From a virus (Duplodnaviria > Caudoviricetes): 61,152 nt of DNA. A program made the position numbers and the translations under genes. The notes under the pieces were generated by a model. That model was not told the origin of the DNA. It saw nothing but the letters and a program-made list of their open reading frames with translations, and made no database searches. How positions within the stretch are numbered: position 1 is the first letter of the stretch; each line of letters begins with the position of its first letter. Shown piece by piece: positions 46,799 to 57,086 of this stretch. Location: IMG/VR virus record IMGVR_UViG_3300020473_000029, positions 1-61,152 of that record; one strand, written 5' to 3'.

Positions 46799-47061
46799 AA
46801 GGTTACACCAAAGAAGATATTAAAAGGATCTTGGGGTCTTCTTGGCCTACTATGCCTGAAGACCATGAAACTGGTAATCAGAGAAGAAGGAGAATAGGTA
46901 ATGAGATGAGAGCAGGGTTGAGACCCTATCCCACATACCCTGCAAAGAAGGTGGGACCAAACTTTGATGAGAATGGAAAGTATATCTATCCACCAGGTTC
47001 TGGATTTAATTATATGGAGAGATTGGATCCTAATTCTGAATGGGGTGGTAAAGTATCATAA
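46795..47061 (+). CDS. Hypothetical protein (start MKGYTK)
   Basis: ATGA overlap with the gp17 stop. Confidence 0.6.
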   Translation: MKGYTKEDIKRILGSSWPTMPEDHETGNQRRRRIGNEMRAGLRPYPTYPAKKVGPNFDENGKYIYPPGSGFNYMERLDPNSEWGGKVS

Positions 47062-47297
47062 TGGAATTAACAGAAGAAAATGTAATCAAAGTTTTAGAAG
47101 AACTTTTACCTTATATTGAGGCAGACGGTGGATGGTTAGAGTTTGTAGAGATAGAACATGAAACAAATTTTGTTAAAGTAAGATTAGGTGGTGCATGTTC
47201 TACTTGTGCAATGAGTGCTATAACCTTAAAGCAAGGTATAGAATCAAAATTAATGCATGAAATACCTGATTGTTATGGTGTTGTACAAGTATTGTAA
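47061..47297 (+). CDS. NifU/NfuA C-terminal-domain Fe-S scaffold-like protein
   Basis: PYIEADGG...VRLGGACSTC...TLKQGIE with CxxC. Confidence 0.88.
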   Translation: MELTEENVIKVLEELLPYIEADGGWLEFVEIEHETNFVKVRLGGACSTCAMSAITLKQGIESKLMHEIPDCYGVVQVL

Positions 47298-47524
47298 TGG
47301 AATTTGATAAGCAAGTTGAATTAGGGCATTTATTATTGTCCGAACGATCTTGTAGAGTATGTGGAGAAGTAAAGAATTTATTGGATGATTTCTATTTAAC
47401 ACGTAAAAATAGAGGGGCATTACCATCTGCATATTCATATGAATGTAAATTATGTACTATAAAAAGAATAGTATCATCTAGAAAAAAGAAACCATTTACT
47501 GATTGGTCATACCCAGATTGGTAA
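47297..47524 (+). CDS. Small zinc-finger protein (start MEFDKQ)
   Basis: CRVC...CKLC; TAATG coupling. Confidence 0.75.
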   Translation: MEFDKQVELGHLLLSERSCRVCGEVKNLLDDFYLTRKNRGALPSAYSYECKLCTIKRIVSSRKKKPFTDWSYPDW

Positions 47525-47605
47525 TGTTCATGTATCGTTTCCCCAATGAAAATGCACCTTTGAATAAATAATTTCAGAAATAATCTGAGATTCGGAGAGT
47601 AAAAG

Positions 47606-49807
47606 ATGCCACTAAATTTAGCATCTCCTGGAATTGTCGTAAGAGAGGTTGACCTAACAATTGGTAGAGTTGATCCAGTATCTGGATCTATCGGTGCGTT
47701 AGCAGCTCCATTTGCACGAGGTCCAGTAGGTCTTCCTCAATTAATTGAGAGCGAAGACGATCTTTACAGTACATACGGGAAACCTTATAATACAGATAAG
47801 CAATATGAAAGTTGGATGGTAGCATCTTCATACTTAGCATATGGTGGAAATATGCAAGTTGTGAGAACAGATGATACTCATCTTAAAAATGCTACTGATG
47901 ATGCATCACCATCTATTAAAATTAAAAATGACGATCATTACAACCAATTAGGTTATGATGATAATACAATTTCAAGTGTAGTTGTTTCTGCTAAGAACCC
48001 TGGTAGTTGGGCAAATGGAATTAAAGTTGCAACTATTGATGCTAAGGCAGATCAAATTTTAACAGTTGCTAATAACGTTGGTCTGGGTACAGTTGGTTAT
48101 GCAGTAACTCAAACAATGCATGGCAAATCAATTGAAGACCCTGCACAACCAGTAGGAAGTGGATCAACTGTACAAGCAGATGGTTATCTTAAAGGTATAA
48201 TTACTGAAGTATCTACAGGAAAAGTAGGAGTTAAAGTACTTTCTCATGTAAGAGGTGATGGTACAGAAGTATCAAAAGACTACACACCATTAGCAGAGTA
48301 TTCATTTACTCCTACTGGAACTATCGGTATCACATCTACTGGTTATGCAATTGACAATAGACCTTACGCTAAAGTATATACTTCTCAAGTAGATTGGTTT
48401 GAACAGCAAGAGATTGCATTAGGTGGAGATTTAGATCCACTTGAATGGGATCAAATAGCAGATCGTCCATCAACTTCAGCACATGCTGCTGCTAGAGGGG
48501 GTAGATTTGATGAGGTTCATGTTGTTGTACTTGATGCCAATGGAACAATTACTGGCAATGCTGGTACAATTCTTGAGAAGCATCTTAATGTATCTAAAGC
48601 AAAGGATGGTGAGTATTCTGCAGGAAGTCCTTCTTACTGGAGAAAATGGCTTAAAACTAATTCTCAATATATCTTTGGTGGTGGTGCTCCAACAGGATTA
48701 ACAACAACTGCATACGAAACGTCTTCAACCAATACATTAGATACAGATAGTGGTTGGGATCAAGATTCTAAGAGTGTTAATTTTGGTGCTGGTGGTGCTA
48801 ACACTTATACACTAAGTGGTGGTGTAGATTATGATGTAACAAATAGACTTGATACTGATGATACTACTGGAGCATTATATGCTGATCCTGCTGGTATTAT
48901 TAGTGGATTAGACTTATTTACTAATAAAGAACTTTATGAAGTAGATTTCATCTTGATGGGTTCTGGTAATTTCAGTAAGGAACAGACAAGAGCAATTGCA
49001 TCTAAGGCAATCGCTGTTGCTGATTCAAGAAAGGATGCTATCGCATTCATATCTCCTTATAGAGGAGCATTTATCAGTGACGGTGCTTCTGGTACAGTAA
49101 CTGTTGAAAATGATGATCAAATTACAAGTAATGTACTAAGTTTCTACAACTCACTTACATCCACCACATATGGTGTATTTGATAGTGGATACAAGTACAT
49201 GTATGATAGATTCAATAATACATTCCGTTATGTCCCTCTAAACGGTGATATCGCTGGCACATGTGCTAGAACAGATCAAACCGACTTCCCTTGGTTCTCA
49301 CCAGCAGGAACAAATAGAGGTGCTATTCTCAATGTTGTAAAACTTCCATACAACCCAGGTAAGGCACAACGTGATACACTTTATTCAAATAGAATAAACC
49401 CAGTTATATTATCACCTGGAGCAGGTATTATCCTATTCGGTGACAAGACTGGATATGGAAAGGCATCTGCATTTGATAGAATCAACGTTCGTAGATTATT
49501 CATCTACCTCGAAGATGCTATATCTGCTGCTGCTAAAGATCAGCTATTTGAATTCAATGATGAGATTACAAGGACTAACTTTGTAAATATCATTGAACCA
49601 TTCCTCCGTGATGTTCAATCTAAGAGAGGAATCTTTGATTATGTTGTTATTTGTGATGAAACAAATAACACAGCTGCAGTTATCGACAATAATGAGTTTA
49701 TTGCTGATATATACATTAAACCTGCAAGATCAATTAACTTCATTGGTCTAACCTTCATTGCCACCAGAACTGGTGTTAGCTTTGAAGAAGTAATCGGTAA
49801 CGTTTAA
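47606..49807 (+). CDS. gp18: Tail sheath protein gp18
   Basis: SPGIVVREVD, PWFSPAG, FDRINVRRLF and KPARSINFI motifs. Confidence 0.95.
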   Translation: MPLNLASPGIVVREVDLTIGRVDPVSGSIGALAAPFARGPVGLPQLIESEDDLYSTYGKPYNTDKQYESWMVASSYLAYGGNMQVVRTDDTHLKNATDDASPSIKIKNDDHYNQLGYDDNTISSVVVSAKNPGSWANGIKVATIDAKADQILTVANNVGLGTVGYAVTQTMHGKSIEDPAQPVGSGSTVQADGYLKGIITEVSTGKVGVKVLSHVRGDGTEVSKDYTPLAEYSFTPTGTIGITSTGYAIDNRPYAKVYTSQVDWFEQQEIALGGDLDPLEWDQIADRPSTSAHAAARGGRFDEVHVVVLDANGTITGNAGTILEKHLNVSKAKDGEYSAGSPSYWRKWLKTNSQYIFGGGAPTGLTTTAYETSSTNTLDTDSGWDQDSKSVNFGAGGANTYTLSGGVDYDVTNRLDTDDTTGALYADPAGIISGLDLFTNKELYEVDFILMGSGNFSKEQTRAIASKAIAVADSRKDAIAFISPYRGAFISDGASGTVTVENDDQITSNVLSFYNSLTSTTYGVFDSGYKYMYDRFNNTFRYVPLNGDIAGTCARTDQTDFPWFSPAGTNRGAILNVVKLPYNPGKAQRDTLYSNRINPVILSPGAGIILFGDKTGYGKASAFDRINVRRLFIYLEDAISAAAKDQLFEFNDEITRTNFVNIIEPFLRDVQSKRGIFDYVVICDETNNTAAVIDNNEFIADIYIKPARSINFIGLTFIATRTGVSFEEVIGNV

Positions 49808-49829
49808 TCCAACTTAGAGTTATAAAACT

Positions 49830-50426
49830 ATGGCAACTCGCAATCAATTAAATCCACCCCCACTAAGGAAGATTACTGATTTTAAAAGTAAACTAACTGG
49901 CGGTGGTGCTCGTTCAAATCTATTTGAAGTTGAGCTTTCTTTTCCAGCAGCAGTAGCAGTAGATGGTCTTAATGACATTCTACAAAAAGCAAGATTCTTG
50001 GTTAAAGCTGCTAATTTACCTGCATCAAATGTTGCTCCAATTGAAGTACCTTTCAGAGGAAGGGTACTCAAAATTGCTGGAGACAGAACATTTGATACAT
50101 GGTCAATCACTGTACTTAATGATACAGATTTCTCTATAAGATCTGCTTTTGAAAAGTGGATGAATACAATCAATAGAGTTTCTGATAATACAGGTACAAC
50201 CGACCCTGCAGATTATCAATCTGATGCTTATGTTTATCAGTTAGATCGTAGTGGGGAAACTTTAAGACAGTATCATTTCTTTGATATTTTCCCAACTCAA
50301 GTTGCTCCAATTGAATTATCCTACGATTCTGCAGGTATTCAAGAATTCACAGTTGAACTTCAAGTTCAGTGGTGGGAAGCAGTTAGAGGTAATGGTGCCA
50401 ATTCTGGTGGTGAAAATATTAACTAA
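49830..50426 (+). CDS. gp19: Tail tube protein gp19
   Basis: GGARSNLFEV and VPFRGR..KIAGDRTF motifs. Confidence 0.95.
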   Translation: MATRNQLNPPPLRKITDFKSKLTGGGARSNLFEVELSFPAAVAVDGLNDILQKARFLVKAANLPASNVAPIEVPFRGRVLKIAGDRTFDTWSITVLNDTDFSIRSAFEKWMNTINRVSDNTGTTDPADYQSDAYVYQLDRSGETLRQYHFFDIFPTQVAPIELSYDSAGIQEFTVELQVQWWEAVRGNGANSGGENIN

Positions 50427-50459
50427 ATAGTGCTATAATAGTAGGAAAACAATTATACT

Positions 50460-52145
50460 ATGCCTAGACTGTTTGGGTTCTCTATTGATGATAGCCAAAA
50501 AACACCTCCTTCAGTAATATCCCCCGTTCCGCAAACCAATGCAGACGGGGTTGATAATTATATAAGTAGTGGTTTTTATGGACAATATGTTGATATCGAA
50601 GGTGTTTATAGAACCGAACACGAATTAATTAAAAGATATCGTGAAATGGCATTACATCCAGAATGTGATGGTGCTATCGAAGATGTCGTTAACGAAGCTA
50701 TAGTTAGTGATTTATATGATTCTCCAGTAGAGATTGAATTATCTAATTTGAATGCAAGCGATAAGTTAAAAAAAGTAATTAGAGAAGAGTTTAAATATCT
50801 CAAAGAAGTAATGGACTTTGATAGAAAGTGCCATGAAATCTTTAAAAATTGGTATATTGATGGTAGGGTCTATTACCATAAGGTAATTGATATGAAAAAA
50901 CCTGAAGAAGGAATTCAGGATTTGAGATATATTGATCCTATGAAGATGAAGTATGTCCGTCAAGAAAAGAAAAAATCTAAAGGACAACAAGTAATAGATA
51001 TGAATAGGGGTTCTGATACACCTACTAAGAGTATTGAACCAGAAATAGAAGAGTATTTTTTATATACACCAAAACCAAATTATCCAACTGGGATGATTAC
51101 TGGTGCATCAAAAGGTGCTGTAAAAATTGCAAAAGATTCTATTGTTTATTGTAGTTCTGGATTGGTTGATAGAAATAAAGGAACTGTTCTTTCATATCTT
51201 CATAAAGCAATTAAATCTCTCAATCAACTTAGAATGATTGAAGATAGTCTTGTAATTTATAGATTGTCAAGAGCACCAGAGAGAAGAATATTCTATATTG
51301 ATGTAGGTAATCTTCCAAAGATTAAGGCAGAACAATACCTTAAGGAGGTAATGTCTCGCTATAGAAATAAGTTAGTTTATGATGCAAATACTGGTGAAGT
51401 TAGAGATGATAGAAAGTTCATGTCTATGATGGAAGATTTCTGGTTGCCTAGAAGAGAAGGTGGTAGAGGAACTGAAATCACAACACTCCCTGGTGGACAA
51501 AACTTAGGAGAACTTGCTGATATTGAGTACTTCCAAAAGAAACTATATCGTTCATTAGGTGTTCCTGAATCTAGAATTGCTACTGATGGTGGATTTAATT
51601 TGGGACGTTCATCAGAAATCTTAAGAGATGAACTTAAATTTGCTAAGTTTGTAGGACGTTTAAGAAAGCGTTTTGCTGGAATGTTTAATGATATGCTCAG
51701 AACTCAATTGATTCTGAAGAATATTGTTACTCCAGAAGATTGGGATGTAATGGAAGATCATATTCAATATGATTTCTTATATGATAATCAATTTGCCGAA
51801 CTTAAGGAATCTGAACTTATGGAAGGTAGAATGAATATGCTTGGTCAAATCGAACCTTATATTGGTAAGTATTATTCTAATGAATATGTAAGAAGAAGAG
51901 TATTACGTCAGACTGATTCAGAAATTATAGAAATTGATGAGCAAATAGAAGATGAAATACAAAAAGGTATTATTCCAGATCCTTCAATGGTAGATCCAGT
52001 TACTGGAGAACCATTACCTCCAGATGGTGGTATGGGTGGTGATCCTATGGCAATGGGTGAAGTTCCTCTAGAACCAGATTTAGATGCTGCTGCAGATCAA
52101 GTTGGTCAACAGTTGGATAAAGACAGCAAAAAAGCAGAGATATAA
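50460..52145 (+). CDS. gp20: Portal protein gp20
   Basis: RAPERRIFYIDVGNLP and EDFWLPRREGGRGTEITTLPGG motifs. Confidence 0.97.
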   Translation: MPRLFGFSIDDSQKTPPSVISPVPQTNADGVDNYISSGFYGQYVDIEGVYRTEHELIKRYREMALHPECDGAIEDVVNEAIVSDLYDSPVEIELSNLNASDKLKKVIREEFKYLKEVMDFDRKCHEIFKNWYIDGRVYYHKVIDMKKPEEGIQDLRYIDPMKMKYVRQEKKKSKGQQVIDMNRGSDTPTKSIEPEIEEYFLYTPKPNYPTGMITGASKGAVKIAKDSIVYCSSGLVDRNKGTVLSYLHKAIKSLNQLRMIEDSLVIYRLSRAPERRIFYIDVGNLPKIKAEQYLKEVMSRYRNKLVYDANTGEVRDDRKFMSMMEDFWLPRREGGRGTEITTLPGGQNLGELADIEYFQKKLYRSLGVPESRIATDGGFNLGRSSEILRDELKFAKFVGRLRKRFAGMFNDMLRTQLILKNIVTPEDWDVMEDHIQYDFLYDNQFAELKESELMEGRMNMLGQIEPYIGKYYSNEYVRRRVLRQTDSEIIEIDEQIEDEIQKGIIPDPSMVDPVTGEPLPPDGGMGGDPMAMGEVPLEPDLDAAADQVGQQLDKDSKKAEI

Positions 52146-52173
52146 ATAAAATATATACCTATTATTAAATATT

Positions 52174-52413
52174 ATGGATAATATCATCGATTTGATTGCC
52201 ACTGATAAACCTTCAAGTGAAATCAGTGATGCAATTAAGGATGCACTATATGCAAAATCTTCAGATAAAATAGATGCCATTAAACCAAAAGTAGCATCAT
52301 CAATGTTTGATGAACCTACTGTAGAGGTTGAAGATGAGGCAGAAACTGAAACTGAAGTTGATGCAGAATTGGATCAATCTGATGAAGATCAAGAACAAGA
52401 ACAAGAATCATGA
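52174..52413 (+). CDS. Acidic prohead core protein (gp67/68 position)
   Basis: Lies between gp20 and gp21; late promoter upstream; acidic tail. Confidence 0.7.
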   Translation: MDNIIDLIATDKPSSEISDAIKDALYAKSSDKIDAIKPKVASSMFDEPTVEVEDEAETETEVDAELDQSDEDQEQEQES

Positions 52414-53060
52414 AACTGATTACAGAAGAAATTTCAAGTGTTAAATTTATTACCGAAGGTAAAGGTTCTAAAAAGAAACTTTATATTGAGGGAGTATTTT
52501 TGCAAGGAGACATCAAAAACCGTAATGGTAGAATGTATCCAGTGAATACTCTTGAGAAAGAGGTTAATAGATATAACGAATCTTTTGTTTCTAAGGGTCG
52601 TGCTCTTGGTGAATTAGGTCATCCAGAAGGTCCAACTGTTAATCTTGATCGTGTTTCTCATAAAATTACATCTCTAGTAAGGGAAGGTAATAATTTTAAA
52701 GGTAAGGCACAACTACTTGAAACACCAATGGGTAAGATTGCAAAATCTTTACTTGGTGAGGGTGTTATGTTAGGAGTTTCATCTCGTGGTGTTGGTTCAC
52801 TAAGAGAAGATACTAATGGTGTAAAAGTTGTAGGTGAAGATTTTCAGTTAGCAACTGCTGCTGATATCGTTGCTGATCCTTCTGCTCCAGATGCTTTTGT
52901 TAATGGCATTATGGAAGGAAAAGAGTGGGTTTGGGAAGGTGGAAGCCTTCGTGAGCAACTCGCAGAAAAAACTAAAAGAACAATTAACACATTAGTTGAT
53001 CAGAGAAGACTGGAAGAACATAAGTTGAATTTATTCGACAATTTTCTTTCAAATCTATAA
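52410..53060 (+). CDS. gp21: Prohead protease gp21
   Basis: NRNGRMY, GELGHP, GVSSRG and DIVADPSAPDA motifs. Confidence 0.95.
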   Translation: MKLITEEISSVKFITEGKGSKKKLYIEGVFLQGDIKNRNGRMYPVNTLEKEVNRYNESFVSKGRALGELGHPEGPTVNLDRVSHKITSLVREGNNFKGKAQLLETPMGKIAKSLLGEGVMLGVSSRGVGSLREDTNGVKVVGEDFQLATAADIVADPSAPDAFVNGIMEGKEWVWEGGSLREQLAEKTKRTINTLVDQRRLEEHKLNLFDNFLSNL

Positions 53061-53103
53061 ACTCTATAAATAAATACAGATTAATTTAAAAATATCTAAA
53101 AAA

Positions 53104-54282
53104 ATGTCCGTTGGAAACGATTTACAAGAAATGGAAAACGCAGTAACCAAAGGAGCTGCTAAAGCTGACCCAATGCAGAAGCTAACCACTGGTGGAACTC
53201 CTGCTACTTGGGAAGATTTAGGCGGTCCTACTCCACAAAACTCTAAACCAGATGATGACTCTAATAAGTTATCAACTCCTGGTAAAACTCTCGCTCAAGT
53301 GAGAAACGTTGTCAATAAGGGTGCTAAAGCAGCTGAACCTATGAAAGGTCTTAGCACAAAAGATGCTCTTAATTCAGGAGATGAAGTGGAAGTTAAAGAT
53401 GACCAAGAAATCGTTTCCGAGGATGAAGTAACTACAGATGAAGTAGTTGCTGAAGAAGAAACAACAACTGAAGAAGGAACAGAAGTTGTTGCAGAAGAAG
53501 AAACTTCTGAGGAAGAAGTAGTCGCTGAAGATGCAATAGAAGAAGAGAAAATTGATGTTGAAGAAGACATTAATGCTCTTATTGCTGGCGAAGAACTTTC
53601 TGAAGAGTTCCAAAACAAAGCACGGACTATCTTTGAGGCTGCAATCAGAACTAAGGTTGACACCATCAAAGAAGAATTAAAGTCATCTTATGAAGAGAAA
53701 CTTGTAGAAGAGGTTTCTGAAATTAAGGAAGCTTTAACCGAAAGAATTGACTCCTATCTCGAATATGTTGCACAAGAGTGGATCGAAGAGAATACTCTAG
53801 CAGTAGAGAATGGACTCAAAACAGAAATGACCGAATCATTCCTTGAAGGAATGAAGGGTCTTTTTGAAGAACATTATGTAACTATCCCTGACGAAAAATA
53901 TGATGTACTTAATAGTATGGTAGAAAAACTTGATGAAATGGAAAATAAACTCAATGAGCAAATTGATAAAAACGTTTCTCTTAATAAGAGACTCGCAGAA
54001 TCAACTGCTGATGTAATCTTTGCAGATGTAACAGAAGGTTTAGCACTTTCTCAGAGAGAAAAGCTACAATCTCTCGCTGAAAAGATTGAGTTTGAAAGTG
54101 AGACAGACTATCGTGAGAAACTAGGTACCTTAAGGGAATCTTATTTCCCAGCTAATCCTGGTACTCAAAAGAAAGAACACTCAGAGAATCTATCTGAAGG
54201 TGTAGCACCTGCTCCTGAGTCTGGTGTAAGCAAAACGATGGAAGCCTACATGGCATCTCTAGGTCGTATTTCTAAAAAGTGA
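53104..54282 (+). CDS. gp22: Prohead scaffold gp22
   Basis: LSEEF..KA.TIFEAA and YLEYVA.EW motifs; acidic coiled coil. Confidence 0.92.
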   Translation: MSVGNDLQEMENAVTKGAAKADPMQKLTTGGTPATWEDLGGPTPQNSKPDDDSNKLSTPGKTLAQVRNVVNKGAKAAEPMKGLSTKDALNSGDEVEVKDDQEIVSEDEVTTDEVVAEEETTTEEGTEVVAEEETSEEEVVAEDAIEEEKIDVEEDINALIAGEELSEEFQNKARTIFEAAIRTKVDTIKEELKSSYEEKLVEEVSEIKEALTERIDSYLEYVAQEWIEENTLAVENGLKTEMTESFLEGMKGLFEEHYVTIPDEKYDVLNSMVEKLDEMENKLNEQIDKNVSLNKRLAESTADVIFADVTEGLALSQREKLQSLAEKIEFESETDYREKLGTLRESYFPANPGTQKKEHSENLSEGVAPAPESGVSKTMEAYMASLGRISKK

Positions 54283-54333
54283 TTTCTAAATTATAGTTCA
54301 AACTAAAACTTTTTTTAAAGAGGTTAAATTCAA

Positions 54334-55731
54334 ATGCAAGCTCCTATTAATCAAGAGCATCTGCAGGAGAAATGGGCACCCCTTCTAGACTACGAAGGTC
54401 TTGATCCAATCAAAGATTCACATCGTAGAATGGTAACTGCCGTTCTTCTGGAGAACCAAGAAAATTCAATCAAGGAAGAGAAAGAATTCCTTAATGAAGC
54501 CGCTCCTACCAACAGTGTAGGTAATGGTGGTTATACAAGTTCAGGTGGACAAACCGTTGCTGGTTTCGACCCTGTTCTAATAAGTCTTATTCGTCGTTCA
54601 ATGCCTAACTTGGTCGCTTATGACCTAGCTGGTGTTCAACCAATGAATGGTCCTACAGGACTAATCTTCGCAATGAGAAGTCGCTACGCTGCTCAAGACG
54701 GCACCGAAGCACTATTCAATGAAGCAGATACAGCGTTTTCATCACAGAACAATTCTGGAAACCTTTCCGATGGATTCTCTGGTGGATCAGTTGGTTTCGG
54801 TACTACTGGTGGTACTGGTCTTACTAACGCTTCTAACCCTGCTGCATTAAACCCACAAGGTTCACAAGGTGCTACTACCTATCCTGTTGGACAAGGTATG
54901 CGTACTGATAACGCTGAAGCTCTTGGAGATGCTACTGCGAACTCGTTCAACGAGATGGCATTCAGCATCGAGAAAGTAACAGTTACTGCGAAATCTCGTG
55001 CGTTAAAGGCTGAGTACTCACTAGAGCTCGCTCAAGACCTTAAGGCAATCCACGGATTGAATGCTGAAGCGGAATTAGCAAATATCCTCTCTACAGAGAT
55101 TCTTGCTGAAATCAACCGTGAAATCATTCGTACAATCTATAAGGTTGCTGAGTCTGGTGCTCAAACTAACGTTGCAACTGGTGGTGCGTTCGACTTAGAC
55201 GTTGATAGTAATGGTCGTTGGTCTGTTGAGAAGTTCAAGGGACTTATCTTCCAGATCGAAAGAGATGCCAACGCTATCGCACAAAGAACTCGTCGTGGAA
55301 AGGGCAACATCGTCCTCTGCTCTGCTGACGTTGCTTCTGCTCTAACAATGGCTGGTGTTCTAGATTACACACCTGCTCTTAACGCTAATCTTAACGTTGA
55401 TGACACAGGCAATACATTTGCTGGTGTTCTTGGTGGTAAGTTTAAGGTTTATATCGATCCTTATTCTGCAAACGTTGCTGCTGATCAGTACTACGTTGCT
55501 GGATATAAGGGTTCTTCACCTTATGACGCTGGATTGTTCTATTGCCCATACGTTCCTCTACAGATGGTTCGTGCAGTTGGTCAGGACACATTCCAACCAA
55601 AAATTGGCTTTAAGACTCGTTACGGAGTTGTTGCCAACCCATTCGCTGAAGGAACAACTGTTGGTGCTGGTGCTCTTAGTGCTAATGCTAACCGTTACTA
55701 CAGACGTGTTAAGGTTCAAAACCTCATGTAA
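54334..55731 (+). CDS. gp23: Major capsid protein gp23
   Basis: GVQPMNGPTGLIFAMR, KSRALKAEY and FQPKIGFKTRYG motifs. Confidence 0.97.
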   Translation: MQAPINQEHLQEKWAPLLDYEGLDPIKDSHRRMVTAVLLENQENSIKEEKEFLNEAAPTNSVGNGGYTSSGGQTVAGFDPVLISLIRRSMPNLVAYDLAGVQPMNGPTGLIFAMRSRYAAQDGTEALFNEADTAFSSQNNSGNLSDGFSGGSVGFGTTGGTGLTNASNPAALNPQGSQGATTYPVGQGMRTDNAEALGDATANSFNEMAFSIEKVTVTAKSRALKAEYSLELAQDLKAIHGLNAEAELANILSTEILAEINREIIRTIYKVAESGAQTNVATGGAFDLDVDSNGRWSVEKFKGLIFQIERDANAIAQRTRRGKGNIVLCSADVASALTMAGVLDYTPALNANLNVDDTGNTFAGVLGGKFKVYIDPYSANVAADQYYVAGYKGSSPYDAGLFYCPYVPLQMVRAVGQDTFQPKIGFKTRYGVVANPFAEGTTVGAGALSANANRYYRRVKVQNLM

Positions 55732-55765
55732 GACGAATAAATATATTTGTCCATACAAAATAGAC

Positions 55766-55797
55766 AAAGAGACTCTTTTCAAAGGGTCTCTTTTTTT
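55766..55797 (+). terminator. Terminator after gp23
   Basis: AAAGAGACTCTTT/AAAGGGTCTCTTT stem plus T-run. Confidence 0.8.
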
Positions 55798-55830
55798 GTC
55801 TAAATACACCAGGAGACCTGTGTTAAACTA

Positions 55831-56028
55831 ATGGCATATACCTATCACATTAAAAGAAGTGCTGCACTAGACGATTATGATGTCTATTATGAAGGTGGAA
55901 CCTCTTGGTCAGATGACTTCTCACAAAGAAAAAAATATACTGCACAAGCAACTGCAGAGGCTGTTTTAGTAAATACGGATGGAACTAATGGTGGATTTAA
56001 TGGTGCTGTTGTAGTGAGAGAAGAGTAA
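55831..56028 (+). CDS. Small hypothetical protein
   Basis: 65-aa ORF behind CTAAATA. Confidence 0.7.
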   Translation: MAYTYHIKRSAALDDYDVYYEGGTSWSDDFSQRKKYTAQATAEAVLVNTDGTNGGFNGAVVVREE

Positions 56029-56059
56029 TCTAAATACATATAACACTTAATTTAAAAAC

Positions 56060-56221
56060 ATGAAACCTTTTACACCTCAAGAATTAAGAGAAGCACAAGA
56101 ACGCACGAAAAAGATTACTGATTATCTGATACGTGAAGGATATGCTGAAAATAGTGATATGGCAGGAAATATCATTATGGGTATGAGTGAGCAATGGTAT
56201 GAGCAAATTTTGAATGACTAA
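56060..56221 (+). CDS. Small hypothetical protein, 53 aa
   Basis: Manually translated ...DYLIREGYAE...IMGMSEQW...; behind CTAAATA. Confidence 0.7.
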   Translation: MKPFTPQELREAQERTKKITDYLIREGYAENSDMAGNIIMGMSEQWYEQILND

Positions 56222-56471
56222 AAAATTTGATAGATTTATAGAAGAGGCAGCATCTAAACGTTGTCCTCCTGGAAAATATTATTGCTTCGATGAAAAGAAG
56301 TGTAAGAAGATTCCTCGTGGTTATCATGTAGGTGGTAGAGGATATCTAGAGCAGGATGAGGAAGAGAAAAATGGAAACGGAAATGCTGGTAATAATGCTG
56401 TGGACAGTTCTAATGGCAGCAGCAGCAGTGGGAGTAACGGGAACGGTAATGGCTCTAATGGAGGAGGATAA
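56214..56471 (+). CDS. Hypothetical protein, Cys motif plus N/G/S tail
   Basis: CPPGKYYC...KKCKKIP followed by a low-complexity tail. Confidence 0.7.
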   Translation: MTKKFDRFIEEAASKRCPPGKYYCFDEKKCKKIPRGYHVGGRGYLEQDEEEKNGNGNAGNNAVDSSNGSSSSGSNGNGNGSNGGG

Positions 56472-57019
56472 TGACTAATGCATTTGCCAACCAGATAACC
56501 AATAGAAATTTTCTATCTCCTGCAGGGTTTCAATTTACTATTACAAAAGAACCAAAGGTTTCATTCTTTTGTACTAGTGCAAAGATTCCTGAAATGTTTT
56601 TTGAGACCACAATTCAACCAAACTATCTTAAGGATATTGATGTACCTGGTGAAAAGATTTCTTATGGTGATTTAATATTAAGATTTTTAGTTGATGAGGA
56701 TTTAAAAAATTATATGGCAATTCACAACTGGATTACTGGTATTGGTTATCCAGAAACAGCACAAGATTTTAAAACAGAAACTACGGATGCATCCAATATA
56801 AGAGATATGAATCTCCAGTATAGTGATGGTAGTCTCTCAATACTCAATAGTAATTATAGAACTAATGCTATTGTAAAATTTAAGGATTTATTTCCAACAG
56901 GATTGACCTCTTTGGAGTTTGACACTTCAGTAACTGACATACAGTACTTTACAGCAGAGGCAACTTTTAAGTATACTGTGTATAATATACTAGCATCGGA
57001 TGGTAGAACTCGCTTATAA
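56471..57019 (+). CDS. gp3: Tail completion/tube terminator gp3
   Basis: NFLSP.GF.F and FLVDEDLKNY..IHNW motifs; synteny. Confidence 0.88.
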   Translation: MTNAFANQITNRNFLSPAGFQFTITKEPKVSFFCTSAKIPEMFFETTIQPNYLKDIDVPGEKISYGDLILRFLVDEDLKNYMAIHNWITGIGYPETAQDFKTETTDASNIRDMNLQYSDGSLSILNSNYRTNAIVKFKDLFPTGLTSLEFDTSVTDIQYFTAEATFKYTVYNILASDGRTRL

Positions 57020-57086
57020 TTCGAGAGATAATGCAAATAATAAAGAAATGTGATATAATTACATTATAGTTAATTAAATTTTAAGT

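Noticed and set aside
45149-55731. Introns or inteins in gp17, gp20 or gp23
   Set aside because: All are uninterrupted and of ordinary length, with no intein splice motifs
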